From Candidatus Micrarchaeota archaeon (GTDB taxonomy: Archaea; Micrarchaeota; Micrarchaeia; Anstonellales; Bilamarchaeaceae), in contig JBDRIM010000041.1 in NCBI GenBank assembly GCA_043816005.1, positions 19,509-83,508 on the forward strand: a stretch of DNA of 64,000 bases, written 5' to 3'. Made by a program: the position numbers and the translations under genes. Shown piece after piece: positions 1-9,714 of the stretch; positions within the stretch are counted from its first letter, which is position 1, and each line of letters begins with the position of its first letter. The notes under the pieces are model-generated. The model was not told where the DNA came from. It did not search any database and saw only the letters and a list, made by a program, of their open reading frames with translations.

Positions 1-84
1 AGTTAGAATTATATTTTTTATTTGAAACTATTAAAGTGACGAACGATGTTCAACAAGTATATTAATACAAAATTTGGAAATGGA

Positions 85-986
85 TTAATCAAAAAGAGTG
101 GTACTGAGGTATCTTTCTCCTCTATCAGGTAATAATGCAACAACTATTCCTTTCATTTTTTTTTGCAACTTGCATTGCAGCCCACATAGAGGCTCCGCTA
201 CTAATCCCAACTAGTATTCCTTCTTTTTTTGCAAGATCTTTTGCAGTTTGAAATGCATCTTCATCAGTTACATATACTACTTCGTCTAATTTTTTTCTGT
301 TGAATATTTTTGGAACCAACGATGTCTCCATGTTTTTTAATCCTTGAATTTTGTGATTTGGATGTGGTTCTGCACCAATGATCTTTATGGATTGGTTTTT
401 TTCTTTTAATAATTTCCCAACACCCATCACAGTTCCTCCAGTTCCAATGCCACCAACAAACGCAGTGATTTGACTGTTGGTTTGTCCCCATATTTCGTTT
501 GCAGTTTGGGCATAATGAGCTAAGGGATTATTCTCATTAGAGTATTGATCTGGCAGAAAATATTTTTCGGGATTTTTTTCTGCTTTTTCTATAGCTAATT
601 TTATTGATCCGTCAATTCCTTGTCCTGCAGATGTTAGAACTATTCTTGCCCCATATGCTGCCATTGTTTTTCTTCTTTCAATACTTGCATTCTCTGGCAT
701 TATGATTTCTACTTGATAGCCTTTTACAGCTCCGATCATAGCTAACGCTATACCAGTATTTCCAGATGATGCTTCAATGATAATTCGGTTTTTTATTAAA
801 TCTAATTTTTCTGCAGCTTCAATCATCATTTGTGCAGGTCTGTCTTTTATACTTCCACCAGGATTCCAACCTTCTAATTTCACGTATAATTCGACATCTT
901 TATTTTCATTCATTCTATTTATCCTAACTAATGGTGTTTCACCGATTGTTTTTAGTATATTAGCAGGCCAACCACCTTTTTGTCAT
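85..986 (-). CDS. cysK: Cysteine synthase (CysK/CysM family), reading frame broken by two homopolymer +1 indels
   Basis: KLEGWNPGGSIKDR PLP motif, SSGNTG, GTGGT, GISSG. ATG at 986 joins the main frame if A5 (977-981) loses one base. The C-terminus ALLPDRGERYLSTTLFD* joins if A9 (156-164) loses one base. Confidence 0.85.
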
Positions 987-1093
987 ATTTTCACCTCATA
1001 TTTTATTTTAGATTAATAAAAAATTTGAGATTTATAAAACAATGTAACAGTTTTGGTTAGATGATTGCATGGCAACAATAGCAAAAACAAAAA

Positions 1094-1322
1094 CGGGCCC
1101 AGAGGGATTTGAACCCTCGACCTGCGGATCTCGCTTTTTGGAAAAAAGCGAGGCAAAAACTGATTCGCTATTTCCAAAATTAAAAGTCCGACGCTCTACC
1201 AAGTTCCTCTGCACCTTTTAGTAAAAGGCGCCCCAAAACTTATTGTCCAAAAACCTTAGAGGTTTTTCATTAACAAATTTTTGGGCGCTTTTTTTCAAAA
1301 AGCGCAACTGAGCTATGGGCCC
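1094..1322 (-). tRNA. tRNA-Lys(TTT) with two introns (D-loop ~1203-1305; canonical 37/38 ~1130-1180)
   Basis: Exons read GGGCCCATAGCTCAG / TTGGTAGAGCGTCGGACTTTTA / ATCCGCAGGTCGAGGGTTCAAATCCCTCTGGGCCCG, with acceptor stem and T-loop intact. Exact splice points are approximate. Confidence 0.9.
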
Positions 1323-1443
1323 TAAGTATGGTAAATTGTTTACAATCCTTTTAAAAATCCAACTTTTATGAACGCTTTTAAAAGTATTGACGCCTATTTA
1401 ACTAACACATAGAACTTTGGATGATGATTCGTTCAAAATGTGT

Positions 1444-1564
1444 GCCGGGTTGGCAGATAGGCTATGCGTCCGCCTGCAGACCGCTTTTCTGAGGTTTTGT
1501 CTTTAGACAGAATCAGTGATAAGGCATAAAGCGGAATAGAGGGGTTCAATTCCTCTACCCGGCT
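1444..1564 (+). tRNA. tRNA-Cys(GCA) with canonical intron 1480-1529
   Basis: GCCGGGTTGGCAGATAGGCTATGCGTCCGCCTGCAG / AGCGGAATAGAGGGGTTCAATTCCTCTACCCGGCT; anticodon stem TCCGC/GCGGA. Confidence 0.9.
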
Positions 1565-1801
1565 TTTTTTATTTACCACAATTCCTCCGGTTTTATAGTG
1601 GTCGAAGATGGAAAACGACCTCCGTAAATCCGGGCTTTTCGCAATTCGCGGATCGCATCCACATTTTCCATGCAACATGTTGCATGAAAGAATAAAAGGA
1701 CTGAAAACGAAGGTGATGGATGTGAAATGCGATCTTGAGTGAATTTTACTGGATTTTTTTTAACCATATTCTTTATTTAACTATCCATCTAAACGTCTAT
1801 T

Positions 1802-2068
1802 ATGGCAGGTATTAGAAGATTAATATTAGACGTTGTTATTCCATCAACAATGCCCTCAACTGAATTAGCGGTAAAATTAGCTAAACTTAGTGGTGTTGAA
1901 GGAGTGGACATAATCACGCAAGAAGTTGAACACCGAGTAGATAAAATAAAAGTAACAATTGATGGAGACGATATCAACTTTGATTCAGTAAAAAATTTAC
2001 TTGACAAGCTCGGGGCGTCACTCCAAGGTGTTGATCGTATTACCTGTGGTAAGAGGCCTGTTAGTTAA
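1802..2068 (+). CDS. DUF211-family protein
   Basis: IRRLILDVVIP...GVDI...D pattern; usual partner of the downstream VIT1-like gene. Confidence 0.75.
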   Translation: MAGIRRLILDVVIPSTMPSTELAVKLAKLSGVEGVDIITQEVEHRVDKIKVTIDGDDINFDSVKNLLDKLGASLQGVDRITCGKRPVS

Positions 2069-2658
2069 TGCTTGGGTTTTTCAAAAGACATAAGGAAAAA
2101 TTCCAATACTACGATAGAATTACAGGTATGACGAAGATTCTTAGAAGATATTTTGTCATGGACTCGTTTGGTGGTGCGCTAACTATTTTTGGTCTAGTTT
2201 TGGGTTCGTTTGCCGCAAATGTAACTGAAGCATCTCTGGTGATCAGTATAGGGATTGGAACAGCAATTGCAATAGGTTGTTCTGGTTTAACCGGAGCTTT
2301 CATGACAGAATCCGCAGAAAGAGCAAGAGAACTAAAACATATGGAAACGGCACTACAAAGAAATTTAGATAATACTGATTACAAAGCAGCCCATAATTTT
2401 GCAAGTCTTATTACGGCGTTAGTAGATGGTATATCCCCTGTTTTAGCAGCATTGATTATTCTTTCTCCGTTTTTTTTAGTACCAATACCATCGGCGTATT
2501 ATTATTCATTTTCCATCGCTCTGTCAGTATTTTTTGCCCTTGGTATTTTCCTTGGAAAGATATCCTCTGGAAATTTATTTTACAGTGGCCTAAAACTACT
2601 TTTATCAGGTGTGGCTTGTATGATCCTCATTTTAATCGTTGAAAGCCTTAAAGGTTAG
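2068..2658 (+). CDS. VIT1/CCC1-family membrane transporter
   Basis: RRYFV start, TM helices, GAFMTESAER motif; stop/start overlap with DUF211. Confidence 0.75.
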   Translation: MLGFFKRHKEKFQYYDRITGMTKILRRYFVMDSFGGALTIFGLVLGSFAANVTEASLVISIGIGTAIAIGCSGLTGAFMTESAERARELKHMETALQRNLDNTDYKAAHNFASLITALVDGISPVLAALIILSPFFLVPIPSAYYYSFSIALSVFFALGIFLGKISSGNLFYSGLKLLLSGVACMILILIVESLKG

Positions 2659-2703
2659 ACAATTGTCAAAGTTTTTTTAAGAGTATTTATAAATAATGGA
2701 TGA

Positions 2704-2966
2704 GCGTGTATGAATGCACTTCGTGCTTCGGGTGTGGTAGCGCATATCTGCGTTGCGTGGCAACGGTTTTGACTGAGGGCATATTCCCATAATGGGCTCG
2801 CTCCGGAAACCGCATGTAGCCAGAGTGGCAGCTTACCTGTGGGCATTGATTTGTTGTAATAATATGCGACAAATCCTGCCTCACCCGAATTAAAGTGCAA
2901 GAGATAGTACAATTTATTCTCTTTAGTCAAAAATAGGTGTATCTCTTCTATATTCAATAATCACGC
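2704..2966 (+). ncRNA. Candidate structured non-coding RNA, family not recognised
   Basis: GC-richer intergenic segment with nested long-range stems (2727-2740 with 2876-2889; 2716-2721 with 2893-2898; 2704-2708 with 2962-2966). G-U pairs are possible only on +. TATA-like TTTATAAA at 2686-2693. Confidence 0.5.
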
Positions 2967-3046
2967 AGAAACCAGCAAACTTGGGCTGTGTGGGCACATA
3001 AATGTAGTCTTATGTTATAATTCTCATTTGGACCAAAGCACAAAAA

Positions 3047-4036
3047 TTAGAAAAATCTCATTTTAGCTTTTTTCAGGTCTGGTAGTGTTTTTGAACCAGT
3101 AAGATATGCACAAATAGCCATTTGTTTTTGGAATGTTTCGATAAAATTATCAAGTTTGTTTTTCTTTAGGGCTTTTATAAATGGAAATGCTGCACCACAC
3201 ATGTCAGCACCTAAAGCTATTGATTTTGAACCATCAATACCGTCCCTTATGCCACCACTTGCAATAATAGGTAAAACACCACGGCATTGCATTATACATT
3301 CGACTGTTGGTATCCCCCAATTCTCAAAACCAGGAGTTCTGCTTCCGCGAAGATATTCAACTGCACTCCAAGAAGTACCACCAGTACCAGCAATATCTAA
3401 AAATTTCACGCCTGCTTTCTTGAGCGCGATTGCCACGTCCTGATTTATCCCTGCACCACTTTCTTTTACTAATACTGGTACAGATAGTTTGTCACAAACA
3501 TTTTCAATTGCTGTTAAAACTCCAGTGAAATCAGTATCTCCTTCTGGTTGAATAATTTCCTGAAGTGCATTCAAATGCACTGCCAGCGCATCTGCCTCAA
3601 TTGTTTGAACCAATGAATCAATTTGTGATGAAGAATATTTTTTTAACTGGAAGGCACCGATATTTGAGAGTAGTGGAATATCTGGCGCAACATCTCTAAC
3701 TTTATATGTTTTTGCCAATTCTGGTTTTTCAATCATTGCCCTTTGAGATCCTACACCAAACGCCAGTTTATATTTTTGTGCAGCTGATGCGAGTTTTTTG
3801 TTTATCTGCTCCGCATCATTGTAACCACCAGTCATCCCAGTAATTAGAATTGGAAAATTAATTTTCTTACTGAAAAATTTAGTGGATAAATCAATTGACT
3901 CAAATGATAGTTCTGGAAGGGCATTGTGGATAAAGTCGACTCTTTCAAAACCAGCAGATTTTGTGTATTGTGCACCTTCAGTAACAACCAAATCAACATG
4001 GTCTTTCTTACGCGATTCTGTTTGATTTTTTGTCAT
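3047..4036 (-). CDS. fni: Isopentenyl-diphosphate delta-isomerase, type 2
   Basis: RKKDH, ITGMTGG, GVGSQR, HLNALQE..QPEGD, GGTSW, SGGIR motifs. Confidence 0.95.
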   Translation of the reverse strand: MTKNQTESRKKDHVDLVVTEGAQYTKSAGFERVDFIHNALPELSFESIDLSTKFFSKKINFPILITGMTGGYNDAEQINKKLASAAQKYKLAFGVGSQRAMIEKPELAKTYKVRDVAPDIPLLSNIGAFQLKKYSSSQIDSLVQTIEADALAVHLNALQEIIQPEGDTDFTGVLTAIENVCDKLSVPVLVKESGAGINQDVAIALKKAGVKFLDIAGTGGTSWSAVEYLRGSRTPGFENWGIPTVECIMQCRGVLPIIASGGIRDGIDGSKSIALGADMCGAAFPFIKALKKNKLDNFIETFQKQMAICAYLTGSKTLPDLKKAKMRFF

Positions 4037-4040
4037 TGAA

Positions 4041-4778
4041 CTACCTTGCTAATGGATACTTCTCCATGTACATTTGGGTTTGTAGAATAGTAAGGAAAGG
4101 AAGTACTAACAATGAATTTATTAGTAATACAAAATAACCCGAAAATGGACTTGAAAAAAGAAGATCACCAATCAACTTAACTATGGAAATTAGAATTAAT
4201 GATGTAAATGCCCAAACAAGAATAAAATGAACATTTGATAGTGCCATTGATATTGAACGTCTTATGGCTGTCGGCGTATCTGAACCATCAATCACAACTG
4301 CAGGTGGAACAAAAAATAACAGAAAAGAAAGCAGAAATGAGAGAATGGGGTAGAGCCACGATTGAATTGGATGCTCATATGTTAGTAATTGAAAGATCAA
4401 CAGAACCAAGACTGCAATTGTGTATATATAGAATATCCGCATACCATAAGTTCCAAGGGCATGAAGAACTTCATATTTGATAGTTGTAAGGGTTCTTTTT
4501 GAACGAACGACGATATTTATGTTAACAATAGTATCTGCTATGATAAATAGAGACAATGCATATGCAAGAGCAGTAATGATTATATCAAATGTAGTCAAAT
4601 CAGGAAAGCTACCAGTTCTGAGAAAAACACCACCCAAAGCAAGGTATGTTGGTGCAGGTACAAGAGTTGGTATTAGAAAAGCCAGGATGAATGGAATTGA
4701 AAACGTAATGATGATTCCAAGCCTTTTGAGATAAAATTCCCAAGCGTAAGTAAATGCTCTTGATAGTTTATCTTGCAT
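4041..4778 (-). CDS. Multi-pass membrane protein
   Basis: 245 aa ORF with about 6 hydrophobic segments. Confidence 0.7.
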   Translation of the reverse strand: MQDKLSRAFTYAWEFYLKRLGIIITFSIPFILAFLIPTLVPAPTYLALGGVFLRTGSFPDLTTFDIIITALAYALSLFIIADTIVNINIVVRSKRTLTTIKYEVLHALGTYGMRIFYIYTIAVLVLLIFQLLTYEHPIQSWLYPILSFLLSFLLFFVPPAVVIDGSDTPTAIRRSISMALSNVHFILVWAFTSLILISIVKLIGDLLFSSPFSGYFVLLINSLLVLPFLTILQTQMYMEKYPLAR

Positions 4779-4838
4779 GATAAAAATTAGAGCGCATAAT
4801 TTAAATAACTACACCAATTGTAAAGTTTAGGTGTTTTT

Positions 4839-5543
4839 TTGCCATTTAGTAAATACAAGATAATATCAATAGAAAACTCTCAGGATGTCAGAATATACAG
4901 AATGGAACCACTAGACAAAAAAATGCTCATTTTTGTTCCAGGTCAATCAGTATTCTTACACCTTCTTGATTCTGAAGGAAAAACAATTCAAAAAAGACCT
5001 TATTCGATAGCATCGTCTCCAAATTCCCCCTATCTCGAATTTGCTATAAAAATGGTTGGTGGTGCCATGACAAGTCAGCTTGATTTGCTGAAAATTGGTG
5101 CCATACTTGGTGTGGAAGGCCCAGTTGGACATTTTACTTACAATGAGCAAAAAAATATCTGCCTGATAGCATGTGGAACTGGAGTCGCACCAATGCTTAG
5201 TATTGTAAGACATGTAGCAGGAAAAAAATTAACTGGAAATTTTGTATTGATTTATAGCACTAGAACTACAGACAGTATTCTTTACAAAAACGAATTTAAT
5301 AGACTCAACGAACTGAACCAAAATATAAAAACAGTAATAACACTTACAAGAGAACAGCACCCAGAAAATTGGGATGGTGAGTTAGGAAGGATAAATAGAG
5401 ATATGATACTCAAAAATGTAAAGGATCCAAAAAACAACGATTGGTGGATATGCGGTTCAATGGAATTTATCAAAACAATGAAATTTATTCTTGGAGAAAT
5501 TGGCGTAGATATGAAAAAAGTCAACATAGAAGGCTGGGGTTAG
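4839..5543 (+). CDS. FAD/NAD(P)-binding oxidoreductase (ferredoxin reductase-like)
   Basis: RPYSIAS, GGAMT, EGPVGHF, ACGTGVAP, ICG motifs. Confidence 0.9.
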   Translation: MPFSKYKIISIENSQDVRIYRMEPLDKKMLIFVPGQSVFLHLLDSEGKTIQKRPYSIASSPNSPYLEFAIKMVGGAMTSQLDLLKIGAILGVEGPVGHFTYNEQKNICLIACGTGVAPMLSIVRHVAGKKLTGNFVLIYSTRTTDSILYKNEFNRLNELNQNIKTVITLTREQHPENWDGELGRINRDMILKNVKDPKNNDWWICGSMEFIKTMKFILGEIGVDMKKVNIEGWG

Positions 5544-5708
5544 TCGCTTTTGGAAACAACAGAGAACAAAGTTCTCTGTGCGACGCGAATGGTGCGCCAT
5601 TCGCAACGAAGCGACACCAAAACTTACCGTTTAACGCAACGAGTTAGGTTTAAAAAACAAACCAGACCAATCCTTTATATTCTTCTAAAATTCTAGAGGT
5701 AAATTTAT

Positions 5709-6179
5709 ATGAAAACAATAGATGTTATAGTGGATGGCGGTAAAGCTACTGCTGGGCCGCCCTTGGCACCAGCACTCGCACCTATGGGTGTGAATATTGG
5801 ACAAGTTGTTTCAAAAATAAACGAAGCAACAAAAGATTTTGCAGGGATGAAAGTGCCTGTCAAAGTGCATATTGATCCAAAAACAAAACAATATACGATA
5901 GAGGTGGGAAGTCCACCAACTGCAGAGATAATAAAGAAAGAAGCAGGTATTGAAAAAGGTGCAGGAAATAGAGAAGCACCTGCTGGCAACATTGAACTTA
6001 GTAAACTTATAGTTATTGCAAAGGCAAAGAGAAATTCGCTTGGTAAGGACTTAAAGGAAACGCTTAAAGAGGTTCTTGGTTCATGCGTTAGTATGGGCGT
6101 AACAATAGATGGAAAAGGTGCAAAAGCGATGATAAAGGAGGTAAACGAAGGAAAGCACGACTCAATGTTAAAAGGATGA
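5709..6179 (+). CDS. rpl11: 50S ribosomal protein L11
   Basis: GGKATAGPPLAPALAPMGVN; GSCVSMGV. Confidence 0.95.
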   Translation: MKTIDVIVDGGKATAGPPLAPALAPMGVNIGQVVSKINEATKDFAGMKVPVKVHIDPKTKQYTIEVGSPPTAEIIKKEAGIEKGAGNREAPAGNIELSKLIVIAKAKRNSLGKDLKETLKEVLGSCVSMGVTIDGKGAKAMIKEVNEGKHDSMLKG

Positions 6180-6183
6180 ACTT

Positions 6184-7821
6184 ATGAGAAAAGCTTTGAT
6201 ACTTCTTTTATTAATTTCGTTTTCCTATGCATCACTTTTATGGCAGTACAGTACTGATGGACCAATTAGCCTAAAACCAGTCATATATCAAGGAACAGTA
6301 GTGGTGGCATCAGATGATGGTAAAATTTATGCTATTGATCCAAATAGTGGATTGAAGAGATGGCAAACAAATGTAGGTAAAAAACCAACTGACATTATTG
6401 TTTTTGATAATGGAGTTGTTGTTTCGACAACATTTGGTAAAGTAGTTAAAATAAGTAATACTGGATCAATCCTTTGGACAAGGACTATAAATTCGTCATA
6501 TATTTACGGCATGAGTGCAAACCAGAAAGAGATTTTCCTCACTACTAACAATGGATTGTATCTTATGGATAAAATTAATGTCACTAAATTGTTAGTTAAT
6601 TTTAGCGATTCTGTTGTCGGACTACCGACTGCAGGTCCAGATTTTGTTATTTATGGTAAAGGAAATGAACTTCGAAGAGTGAAAGAAAATGGAGATACAC
6701 TCTGGAAGATGAAATTGGATCAGGGAACTTTTTGGACATCAAGACCTGTGATAGAAAACGGCGTAGTTTATATCGGTGCGTTGGATAATCAAATGCATGC
6801 ATATATTGCAAACAACGGACTCGAAATTTGGCAGATGAAAACGAGAAATTGGATAATGAGCACCCCTGTTTTGAGCAATGGGATAGTGTATTTTGGTAGT
6901 AATGACGGAAATGTATATGCACTTGACAGCGGTAGTGGGAATGTAAAATGGGAAACAGAAACATATTTGGCAATACAAACAAGATTAGAATCGGGAATTA
7001 TGGGGGGAGAAGAAGTTGTTTTTGTAGGTAGTAGTGATAAAAGTATTTATGCGATTTCAAAAGACAAGGGACAAATTTTATGGAAGGGAGTTGTGGGTGG
7101 AGTTGTTGGTGACCCATTATTTTATCAAAATATGATTATTTTTGGTTCTGGGGATGGACAGATCAGCGCATATAGTACCGAGAGAGCGTGTTCTATAACT
7201 TCACCACGAGAAGCTGATCTTGTTGGTCTAAAAGAGCTAGTCATAGGCGGCGAATATGTATCAGAAGCAAGTAATGCTAAAGTTATGTTAAACATAAATG
7301 AAGGAGGGTGGATAGATACAAACACTAGTCAAGATGACTGGATTTACTATCTTGACCCAAAAATAAAATTATATGCTGGTCTTAACACGTTATCTTGCAA
7401 AGTAGTTGATAGTAATGGTGAGGAACAAGGACCTACATATACAACAATTGCAATAAACCATGACCCAACGATAGCGTTGAATAATTTTGTAATTACAGTT
7501 TCTCCAGATGTAGTTGAAGGAGTGCCATTCATTATTTTTGTAAATGATGGGGAAGATGGGACACCAGTAAATAGATTTAATTTGACTGTTGATGGTAATA
7601 GTTATCTAGGAGACAAAAATGTAACAGTAACAGTTACTAACGCTGGGGAGCATAAAATAACAATAAAGAAGATAGGATTTAACGACGGTATTGTAAATGT
7701 TCATGTTAATTCAAGTGGAGTGAGTCCGTTAATACTTTGTGTTTCGGCATTAGGCATCATAGTAATTCTATTTTTCGTATGGAATACAGTTTTAAAACAA
7801 AAATTTGCAGCAAAGAAATAA
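6184..7821 (+). CDS. Secreted PQQ-like beta-propeller protein with C-terminal TM anchor
   Basis: Signal peptide, repeated VYxGSxDGxVYAL...G..W blades, C-terminal hydrophobic helix. Confidence 0.85.
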   Translation: MRKALILLLLISFSYASLLWQYSTDGPISLKPVIYQGTVVVASDDGKIYAIDPNSGLKRWQTNVGKKPTDIIVFDNGVVVSTTFGKVVKISNTGSILWTRTINSSYIYGMSANQKEIFLTTNNGLYLMDKINVTKLLVNFSDSVVGLPTAGPDFVIYGKGNELRRVKENGDTLWKMKLDQGTFWTSRPVIENGVVYIGALDNQMHAYIANNGLEIWQMKTRNWIMSTPVLSNGIVYFGSNDGNVYALDSGSGNVKWETETYLAIQTRLESGIMGGEEVVFVGSSDKSIYAISKDKGQILWKGVVGGVVGDPLFYQNMIIFGSGDGQISAYSTERACSITSPREADLVGLKELVIGGEYVSEASNAKVMLNINEGGWIDTNTSQDDWIYYLDPKIKLYAGLNTLSCKVVDSNGEEQGPTYTTIAINHDPTIALNNFVITVSPDVVEGVPFIIFVNDGEDGTPVNRFNLTVDGNSYLGDKNVTVTVTNAGEHKITIKKIGFNDGIVNVHVNSSGVSPLILCVSALGIIVILFFVWNTVLKQKFAAKK

Positions 7822-9552
7822 TTATTCCACAGTAACAGACTTTGCCAGATTTCTTGGTCTGTCTGGATTTATTCCTCTTAAAACACTTACATAGTAAGCA
7901 AGAAGTTGCAACGGAATAATGAGTGTAAATGGATAAAGTATTTCATCACAATTTGGAAGTGAAATAACAGCATCGCTTTCGTTTTTCATCCCATCATCAT
8001 TAGTTATTGATATTATCAACCCACCGCGTGTTTTTGCTTCTTTCATATTTCCAAATAATTTTTGTAAAGTTTCATCTGAAGGTGCTAGAACAATAATTGG
8101 GGTCCCATCTGTAATCAAACTAAGTGTGCCATGCTTAAGTTCTCCGCCAGGATATGCTTCAGAATGAATATATGTAATTTCCTTAAACTTCAATGAGGCT
8201 TCATATGCAATTGGCACATTTCGTCCACGTGCAATAAAAAAAGCATGTTCTTTATTTACTAGAATAGTAGCAATTTTCTTGATTTCCTCTTCTTGTTCAA
8301 GCATTTTTGCTATCAGATCAGATAATTTAACCAAACGTTCTTTTGGATAAACAAGTTTGTAGATTATTGCTAATTGAGATGTAAATGTCTTTGTTGCTGC
8401 AACCCCGATTTCAGGTCCTGAATTCATTAGTATAGTACAATCAGATAATCGAGTGATAGATGAACCAACTGTGTTAGTTATTGCAAGTTTTTTGCAGTTC
8501 CCAGCATAACGCACTGCTTGAAGAACATCAGCAGTTTCGCCGCTCTGAGTAATGGCAACTATAAGCGTGTTGTTTGTTGGTTTTGCTATATATTGATAAT
8601 CACTTGCTACAAATGCTTGTGCGCTTTTTCCTGCGTTTGAAAGCAAATGCGCTAACAAAAGACCTGCATGATAAGAAGTTCCTGCAGCAATAATTTCTAC
8701 ACGATCGTGTTCATCAATAAGTTTTTTAGCATCAGTAACGTCAGATGCTAAGCTTTCGTTAATGAAATGTTTTTGATCATGAATTTCTTTTAGCATAAAA
8801 TGAGCATATCCTGATTTTTGAGCAATGTCAAGACTCCAATTGACAGTAATTTGTTTTCTGGTAAGTTCAGAACCATCGATAGAATATATTTCGTACCCAG
8901 TACGAGTTAATACTGCGATATCACCTTCTTCCAATGGCACAAAATTTTTAGTGTGTTTAAGCATTGCTGGAATATCTGATGCACAAAGCATCTCATTTTT
9001 ACCAACTCCAATAATCAACGGACTGTTTTTTCTTGCGATGAAAAGTTCATCTTTGTCTTTTGCACTCATTGCTACGATTGCATAAGACCCTTGTAATTTT
9101 TTTAATGTCGAAAAAAATGCCTGTAGAAATGGTTTTGACTTTGATTCTTCTTCGAGTATATGTGCTATAATTTCCGAATCAGTTTCAGAAGCAAATTTGT
9201 GACCTCTTGCAACAAGCTGGTGCTTTAATTCAGTAAAGTTTTCGATTACACCATTGTGTGCAAGTAAAATTTTACCTGTACAATCAGAGTGTGGATGGGA
9301 GTTTTCTTTGCTAACAACACCGTGTGTTGCCCATCTTGCATGGCCAATGCCAACAGTTCCATCAACAGAAACAAAATCCATTTCTGTTGAAACATCTTCA
9401 ACAGTGCCTTTACCTTTCCTCACCTCGATTGATGTACCATTACGAATTGCAATACCGACTGAATCATAACCACGATATTCAAGCAGTTTTAAACCGTCTG
9501 TGATTATCTGGGATGCTTTTTCCGAACCAATATACCCAATAATTCCGCACAT
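7822..9552 (-). CDS. glmS: Glutamine-fructose-6-phosphate aminotransferase
   Basis: MCGIIG, LEYRGYDS, GHARWATHG, PRNLAKSVTVE. Confidence 0.97.
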   Translation of the reverse strand: MCGIIGYIGSEKASQIITDGLKLLEYRGYDSVGIAIRNGTSIEVRKGKGTVEDVSTEMDFVSVDGTVGIGHARWATHGVVSKENSHPHSDCTGKILLAHNGVIENFTELKHQLVARGHKFASETDSEIIAHILEEESKSKPFLQAFFSTLKKLQGSYAIVAMSAKDKDELFIARKNSPLIIGVGKNEMLCASDIPAMLKHTKNFVPLEEGDIAVLTRTGYEIYSIDGSELTRKQITVNWSLDIAQKSGYAHFMLKEIHDQKHFINESLASDVTDAKKLIDEHDRVEIIAAGTSYHAGLLLAHLLSNAGKSAQAFVASDYQYIAKPTNNTLIVAITQSGETADVLQAVRYAGNCKKLAITNTVGSSITRLSDCTILMNSGPEIGVAATKTFTSQLAIIYKLVYPKERLVKLSDLIAKMLEQEEEIKKIATILVNKEHAFFIARGRNVPIAYEASLKFKEITYIHSEAYPGGELKHGTLSLITDGTPIIVLAPSDETLQKLFGNMKEAKTRGGLIISITNDDGMKNESDAVISLPNCDEILYPFTLIIPLQLLAYYVSVLRGINPDRPRNLAKSVTVE

Positions 9553-9586
9553 AGCGAATGATGATAAACGATAGGCTTTTTAATAC

Positions 9587-9611
9587 TACTATTAAAATAT
9601 TTTTAATAGTA
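9587..9611. promoter_or_regulatory. Palindromic candidate operator between divergent glmS and regulator
   Basis: TACTATTAAAA-TAT-TTTTAATAGTA inverted repeat. Confidence 0.4.
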
Positions 9612-9633
9612 TTCAGTTTTTTTTGTAGTGGTC

Positions 9634-9663
9634 GCACCTTTTAGAAAAAGGCGCCCGAAAACT
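9634..9663 (+). repeat. Free-standing copy of the tRNA-intron palindrome
   Basis: 28/30 identical to 1211-1240, which lies inside the tRNA-Lys D-loop intron. Confidence 0.8.
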
Positions 9664-9714
9664 GACTCTCGCGCTCCGCGGGGGTTCTGGGGGTGTCCCC
9701 AGGGGGAGAAAAAA

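Noticed and set aside
1032..1767. ORFs 1032-1214, 1433-1678, 1573-1767 (also 30393-30611)
   Set aside because: They overlap tRNA genes, introns or structured spacers, and show no protein motifs.
2704..2966. Assignment as RNase P, SRP, 5S rRNA, hammerhead or group I intron
   Set aside because: Only scattered short look-alikes (GGCAACGG, GTGCAAG, GCAGAAAC, CTGAGG...GAAAC); the conserved cores are missing or out of order.
9628..9714. N-terminal extension of the regulator ORF from GTG 9628
   Set aside because: It is translated palindromic repeat sequence; ATG 9715 is the plausible start.
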